Shown here in pieces: positions 59,145 to 64,000 of a stretch of 64,000 nucleotides of DNA. Source of the stretch: Candidatus Micrarchaeota archaeon (GTDB lineage: Archaea > B1Sed10-29 > B47-G15); contig QMVG01000001.1 of NCBI GenBank assembly GCA_003660975.1, positions 64,001-128,000 of the forward strand, written 5' to 3'. The position numbers and the translations under genes were made by a program. Each line of letters opens with the position of its first letter. Position 1 is the stretch's first letter. A model generated the notes under the pieces. The model saw only the letters and a program-made list of their open reading frames with translations, made no database searches and was not told the DNA's origin.

Positions 59145-59534
59145 ATGACGGCAGTATATGTTAAGTTTGAAGTTCCAAAAGAGATGCAAAATAAAGTTTA
59201 CGAGGCTGTTGAAAAAGCACGAGATACGGGAAAAATAAGAAAAGGTGTCAATGAAACTACAAAAGCGATTGAAAGAGGCACAGCTAAATTAGTTGTCATA
59301 GCTGGTGATGTTGAACCACCAGAGATTGTTGCACATCTGCCTCTGCTTAGTGAGGAAAAAAAGGTTGATTACATCTATGTTGACAGTAAGAAGGAGTTAG
59401 GCATGGCCTGCGGCCTTCCTGTTGCCACATCTGCAATGGCGATTGTTGAGGCAGGGGATGCAAAAGAACTAATTAAAGAGATAAACAAATTTCTGAGCAG
59501 CGTGAGAAAACAGGGTGAGAAGAGTGGAGAATGA
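59145..59534 (+). CDS. rpl7ae: 50S ribosomal protein L7Ae (eL8)
   Basis: [13 protein letters not shown] and [12 protein letters not shown] motifs. Confidence 0.96.
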   Translation: MTAVYVKFEVPKEMQNKVYEAVEKARDTGKIRKGVNETTKAIERGTAKLVVIAGDVEPPEIVAHLPLLSEEKKVDYIYVDSKKELGMACGLPVATSAMAIVEAGDAKELIKEINKFLSSVRKQGEKSGE

Positions 59535-59733
59535 GGGCGTTGCCGCGCAAGTTGTTGAGATAATAGGAAAAACAGGAGTATATGGAGAGATACATCAGGT
59601 AATGGTTAAACTTTTGGAGGGCAGAGACAAGGGAAGAATTATGAGAAGGAATGTAAAAGGTTCTGTTAGGGTTGGTGATGTCCTAATATTACTTAACCCA
59701 GAAACAGAAGCAAAACCAATAAAGGCGAGGTAA
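59524..59733 (+). CDS. rps28e: 30S ribosomal protein eS28
   Basis: GKTGVYGE and [11 protein letters not shown] motifs. Confidence 0.93.
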   Translation: MENEGVAAQVVEIIGKTGVYGEIHQVMVKLLEGRDKGRIMRRNVKGSVRVGDVLILLNPETEAKPIKAR

Positions 59734-59737
59734 TCAC

Positions 59738-59920
59738 ATGGTCAAGTGTAGCTTTTGTGGAAAGGAGATTCCAAAAGGTACTGGAAAGATATACGTTCTA
59801 AAAGATGGAACTGCATATTATTATTGTTCTTCGAAATGCGAAAGGAATCACTTGAAATTGAAAAGAAAACCTGCGAAAACGACATGGGTAAAGAAAGCTA
59901 AAAAGGAGGGCAAAGAGTGA
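59738..59920 (+). CDS. rpl24e: 50S ribosomal protein eL24
   Basis: CSFCG, GTG and CSSKC motifs. Confidence 0.94.
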   Translation: MVKCSFCGKEIPKGTGKIYVLKDGTAYYYCSSKCERNHLKLKRKPAKTTWVKKAKKEGKE

Positions 59921-60510
59921 TTGAAAGAACCTTCGTGCTCATAAAACCAGACGCAGTGCAAAGAGGAATTGTTGGCCAAATAATAGAGCGCTTTGAAAGG
60001 GTTGGTTTAAGGATAGCTGCCCTAAAACTTGTATGGCCTACAAAAGAGATAGTTGATGAACACTATCCAAATGTAGAACAGTGGTTGAGAAGCGTTGGTG
60101 AAAAAGCATTAAAAGGTTACGAAAAACAGGGAAAGAAAGTTGAAGAAGACCCAATAGAAATAGGTAAGAGGGTTAAGAGGATGCTTTTGGATTACTTGAC
60201 ATCTGGACCTGTTATTGCAATGGTGCTTGAAGGAAATCACGCTGTAAAGCTTGTAAGGAAGATAGTTGGCCCAACAGAGCCTCTTGAGGCTCCTCCTGGC
60301 ACAATAAGAGGAGATTTTACAAAGGACAGTTACGTCAGTGCTGACACGCTTGGCCGTTCTGTGAGGAATATTATTCATGCGTCTGACTCAAGGAAAGAGG
60401 CAGAAAGAGAGATAAGAATTTGGTTTTCAGAGAGCGAGATAATAGATTATGAAAGACCAGATATTTACGTCATACTCGGCAAAGATTATAAAAAGTTGAA
60501 AAAAGAATAG
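59917..60510 (+). CDS. ndk: nucleoside diphosphate kinase
   Basis: ERTFVLIKPDAV, PGTIRGDF and NIIHASDS motifs. Confidence 0.95.
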   Translation: MIERTFVLIKPDAVQRGIVGQIIERFERVGLRIAALKLVWPTKEIVDEHYPNVEQWLRSVGEKALKGYEKQGKKVEEDPIEIGKRVKRMLLDYLTSGPVIAMVLEGNHAVKLVRKIVGPTEPLEAPPGTIRGDFTKDSYVSADTLGRSVRNIIHASDSRKEAEREIRIWFSESEIIDYERPDIYVILGKDYKKLKKE

Positions 60511-60578
60511 AATATTAGTAAAAAGGCCCTCGGCCAAAACTGAGGGAACTAATTTTTCCCTCTCAAACAGGTGTAGAT

Positions 60579-62324
60579 ATGCCTATAAGAAGCCCAATAA
60601 TATGTGTCTTGGGACATGTAGACCATGGAAAAACCATGATATTGGATAGGATTAGAGGCACTGCCATAACTGCAAAAGAGGCAGGAGGCATAACCCAGCA
60701 CGTGGGGGCTTCGTTTATACCAAAGGCTGTTATTGAAAGTAAGTGCAAGGACCTATTAGAACAGTATAAGTTCAAGCTGAGAATACCTGGCCTGCTTTTT
60801 ATAGACACGCCGGGCCATGAAGCTTTTACCACATTAAGGAAAAGAGGCGGAAGCATTGCAGATTTGGCTGTTTTGGTCATAGACATAAGCCAAGGCATAC
60901 AACCTCAAACAATAGAAAGCATAGATATCCTCCGTTCCTATAAGACTCCCTTTGTAGTCGCTGCCAATAAGATTGACTTAATAGATGGATGGGAAGCCCA
61001 CGAAAATGCCTGCTTTATGAAAAGTTTCCAAAAGCAAAGGGATTTTGTGAAGGAAAACCTTGACAAAAAGATTTACGAAATAATCGGGCAGCTTGGAGAA
61101 AGGAATTTTGACTCAGAGAGGTTTGACAGGGTGAAGGATGTCACGAAGGAGGTGCTCATAATCCCAGTAAGTGCGAAGACAGGTGAAGGTATAAAAGAGC
61201 TGTTGATGTTCCTGGCTGCCTTGTCTCAAAAATTCATAAAAGACAGATTAGAGATATCACCTGAATCTGCCGCAAAAGGCACTGTTCTTGAGATAAAGGA
61301 AGTGAAAGGCCTTGGAACAACAGCTGATGCTATAATATACGATGGGTGCATAAGGGAAGGAGACACGGTGGCCATGGCCTCGATTGATGATGTCGTGATC
61401 ACAAAGATAAGGGCATTGCTTGAACCAGCACCCCTTGAAGAAATAAGAGACAGTAGCAGAAAATTTAAGCGTGTGGCAATGGTTGTGGCTGCTGCGGGTG
61501 TTAAGATTGCTGCGCCAAATCTTGAAAAGGTGGTTGCAGGCAGTCCTTTAAGAGTCGTAAAGGAGAATATAGATGAGATTGTTGACGAAATAAGAAAGGA
61601 GATTTCTTCAGTGATTGTGAATGAGGAGGGCGAGGGAGTAATTGCAAGAGCAGATACACTAGGCAGCCTGGAGGCCATGATAAATCTGTTTTCAAAGGAA
61701 GGAATCCCCATATCAAGTGCCAATATAGGAATGCTCACTAAACTTGACTTAACGAAGGCAGAAACGATGAGGCAAAAAAACAGATACTTGGGTGTCCTTT
61801 TTGCTTTTAACGTGGCTGTACCCCGTGAGATAGAAGAAGAGGCAAAAAAACAGGGCATTAAAATCTTCTGCTCTGATGTTATTTATAAATTAATAGAGGA
61901 CTATAAAGAGTGGTTGAAAGAGGAGAGAGAGAAAGAAAAGATGGAGAGACTAAAAAAATATATACTGCCTGCGAAGATTAAAGTATTGCCTGGCTTTATA
62001 TTCAGAGCAAGTAAGCCAGCTATTGTCGGTATCGAAGTGCTTGAAGGCACGATAAGGCCCCAGTATCCCCTCATGAACGCAGAGGGAAAGGAGATAGGAG
62101 TTATACGGGCAATCCAGGAAAAAAATCAGAGCATAAGCATGGCTGAGAAAGGAGATAAAGTAGCAGTATCTATTGACGGTGCTGTTGTAGGCAGAAATCT
62201 TTATGAAAATGATGTTCTTTTCACGTCTGTCCCGGTAAAACAGCTCTATGAGCTGAGGGATAAGATAGGAAACAAAGATCTTATTGACGAAATAATCAGA
62301 ATTCAAGAGGTGAAGAAACGATGA
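60579..62324 (+). CDS. infB: translation initiation factor aIF5B (IF-2)
   Basis: LGHVDHGKT, EAGGITQHVGA, DTPGHEAF and ADTLGSLEA motifs. Confidence 0.96.
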   Translation: MPIRSPIICVLGHVDHGKTMILDRIRGTAITAKEAGGITQHVGASFIPKAVIESKCKDLLEQYKFKLRIPGLLFIDTPGHEAFTTLRKRGGSIADLAVLVIDISQGIQPQTIESIDILRSYKTPFVVAANKIDLIDGWEAHENACFMKSFQKQRDFVKENLDKKIYEIIGQLGERNFDSERFDRVKDVTKEVLIIPVSAKTGEGIKELLMFLAALSQKFIKDRLEISPESAAKGTVLEIKEVKGLGTTADAIIYDGCIREGDTVAMASIDDVVITKIRALLEPAPLEEIRDSSRKFKRVAMVVAAAGVKIAAPNLEKVVAGSPLRVVKENIDEIVDEIRKEISSVIVNEEGEGVIARADTLGSLEAMINLFSKEGIPISSANIGMLTKLDLTKAETMRQKNRYLGVLFAFNVAVPREIEEEAKKQGIKIFCSDVIYKLIEDYKEWLKEEREKEKMERLKKYILPAKIKVLPGFIFRASKPAIVGIEVLEGTIRPQYPLMNAEGKEIGVIRAIQEKNQSISMAEKGDKVAVSIDGAVVGRNLYENDVLFTSVPVKQLYELRDKIGNKDLIDEIIRIQEVKKR

Positions 62325-62710
62325 AAGTAGTGATAGCAGACCCCAAAAGTGGAAAATCTTATCAAATTGAGATCGATGAAAACAAGGCAAAGCCAATATA
62401 TGGTATGAAAATAGGCGACGAATTAGATGGGGCTTTACTGGGCCTCACAGGATACAAACTGGAAATAACAGGAGGCAGTGACAAAGATGGCTTTCCAATG
62501 AGGAGAGGATTTCATGGCAGTGGAAGAAAGAGCTTGCTTATATCAGCAGGGCCGGGTATTAGAGCCAAAGGTAAAAAATTAAAGAAGACCGTGAGGGGAG
62601 AAAAGGTAGCAGAAGACATTGCTCAATTGAATGTCAAGGTAAAGACATATGGAAGCAAAGATATAAAAGAGCTGCTTGGCATAGAAGAGAAAAAGGAGAG
62701 TAAAGAATGA
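62321..62710 (+). CDS. rps6e: 30S ribosomal protein eS6
   Basis: ITGGSDKDGFPM, VRG and QLN motifs. Confidence 0.95.
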   Translation: MKVVIADPKSGKSYQIEIDENKAKPIYGMKIGDELDGALLGLTGYKLEITGGSDKDGFPMRRGFHGSGRKSLLISAGPGIRAKGKKLKKTVRGEKVAEDIAQLNVKVKTYGSKDIKELLGIEEKKESKE

Positions 62711-63906
62711 AAGCTGTTCAATCTGAAATAAATATAGGTGTCGTTGGGCACGTGGACCACGGAAAAACTAGCTTAGTCAAGAGCATAACTGGCGAGTGGG
62801 CAGATAGACATAGCGAGGAAATAAAAAGAGGCATTACCATACGCCTTGGTTATGCAGATGCAGACATCTATGAATGCAAAGTCAAAGGCAAAAAACAGTA
62901 TATTCTTAGCAATAAATGTCCTGATGGAAGCAAAGCCACATTTGTCAGGCGGATAAGCTTTGTTGATTGCCCTGGTCATGAAAATCTGATGTCTGTAACA
63001 CTGTCTGGCGCTTCTCTCATGGATGCAGCAATACTTGTTATAGCAGCGAACGAGGAATGTCCAAGGCCCCAAACACAGGAGCACTTGTCTGCTCTGGAGA
63101 TAGCAGGAATAAAGCACATTATAGTAGTCCAAAACAAAATAGACCTGGTTGATAAAAAAGAAGCCATGCAGAATTACAGGCAAATAAAGCAATTCGTGAA
63201 GGGCACAATAGCAGAAAACGCAGCAATAATTCCTGTGAGTGCAAATTACAATGTCAACATAGATGCAGTTATTGACGCAATTCAAAGGTATTTTCCAACA
63301 CCAAAGAGAGACGCAAGTAAAGCGCTTAGAATGTACGTGGCAAGGTCTTTTGACGTTAACAGGCCAAAATCAAACATAGAAGAGCTAGTCGGTGGCGTGC
63401 TCGGAGGAACAATAGCGCAAGGGGTGCTGAAAATTGGTGATGAAATAGAAATAAAGCCAGGCATAAAGCTTGGTGATGAATACAAAGCATTAAAAACAAA
63501 GGTTGTCAGCTTGTCTGCAAGCAAAGGAAAACTGACAGAGGCCAAGCCAGGAGGCCTTATAGGAGTGGCCACTACATTGGACCCAGCTCTAACAAAGAGT
63601 GACAACCTAGTTGGCAATGTTGTTGGCAAAATAGGAGAACTGCCAGATGTCTTATATGACATAAATGTGGAGGTTCATTTCCTTGATAGGGTTGTTGAGA
63701 AGATTGAAAAGAAAATTGAAGAGAACGAAGTGGTCGTGGTAAATGCCGGAACCACCACAACAGTTGGCACTGTGCTGCAGAAAAAAGGGAATGAAGCGAG
63801 AATAAGGCTGAAAAAGCCGCTGTGCATTGAAAAGGGGCATAAGGTTGCCATATCTCAGCGTTTCCGAAACAGATGGTCGTTAACAAGCTATGGAGTAATA
63901 AAATGA
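62707..63906 (+). CDS. eif2g: translation initiation factor aIF2 gamma
   Basis: GHVDHGKT, HSEEIKRGITIRLGY, DCPGHE and QNKID motifs. Confidence 0.96.
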   Translation: MKAVQSEINIGVVGHVDHGKTSLVKSITGEWADRHSEEIKRGITIRLGYADADIYECKVKGKKQYILSNKCPDGSKATFVRRISFVDCPGHENLMSVTLSGASLMDAAILVIAANEECPRPQTQEHLSALEIAGIKHIIVVQNKIDLVDKKEAMQNYRQIKQFVKGTIAENAAIIPVSANYNVNIDAVIDAIQRYFPTPKRDASKALRMYVARSFDVNRPKSNIEELVGGVLGGTIAQGVLKIGDEIEIKPGIKLGDEYKALKTKVVSLSASKGKLTEAKPGGLIGVATTLDPALTKSDNLVGNVVGKIGELPDVLYDINVEVHFLDRVVEKIEKKIEENEVVVVNAGTTTTVGTVLQKKGNEARIRLKKPLCIEKGHKVAISQRFRNRWSLTSYGVIK

Positions 63907-64000
63907 AGGTAATATTAGATAGTAATTGTTTAATGATGCTAACAGAATTCAAAATAAATATATATGATGAAATAAAAAAACTAATACCAGATGCAGAATT
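63903..64000 (+). CDS. PIN-domain protein (Fcf1/Utp24-like), 3'-truncated by window edge
   Basis: MKVILDSNCLMM.. start; conserved position after eif2g. Confidence 0.75.
   Translation, partial: MKVILDSNCLMMLTEFKINIYDEIKKLIPDAE

Overview
Archaeal genomic DNA, AT-rich, nearly all genes on the + strand. A DPANN-like lineage is the most likely source; this is inferred from the streamlined gene order, divergent ribosomal proteins and missing lipid genes. The first ~19.8 kb is mixed. It holds ppsA, a Trk K+ uptake operon, an HDAC, tmk, a Firmicutes-like acsA, ten tRNA genes, several tRNA-adjacent orphan genes, a five-gene secreted/surface protein cluster (duplicated A-B pair plus a large anchored protein) and a ~1 kb NYN-nuclease islet. 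From ~19.9 kb to the end runs a co-directional information-processing supercluster: rpoH-B''-B'-A'-A'', the str cluster, archease-rtcB, S10/spc, the S13-rpoD cluster, eno-S2-gltX, and L7Ae to eIF2-gamma. The most unusual signals are: (i) the same ~42-bp palindromic unit, plus a cGNAg-loop hairpin family, behind two different tRNA genes, each followed by a 19-20 bp copy of that tRNA's own 3' end; (ii) an NYN gene with a GNRA-capped leader hairpin and a sequestered SD/ATC start; (iii) a WxL/chaperone-pilus-like surface cluster; (iv) a BHB intron in the T-loop (59/60) of tRNA-Pro(GGG); (v) altered decoding loops in uS12, a GluRS without anticodon-binding domains, and rpoD whose stop codon lies inside tRNA-Leu; (vi) structured leaders (K-turn, K-loop, three-way junction) before ribosomal protein operons. 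No CRISPR array, integrase, transposase or rRNA is visible. All family assignments come from motif recognition by eye, not from database searches.
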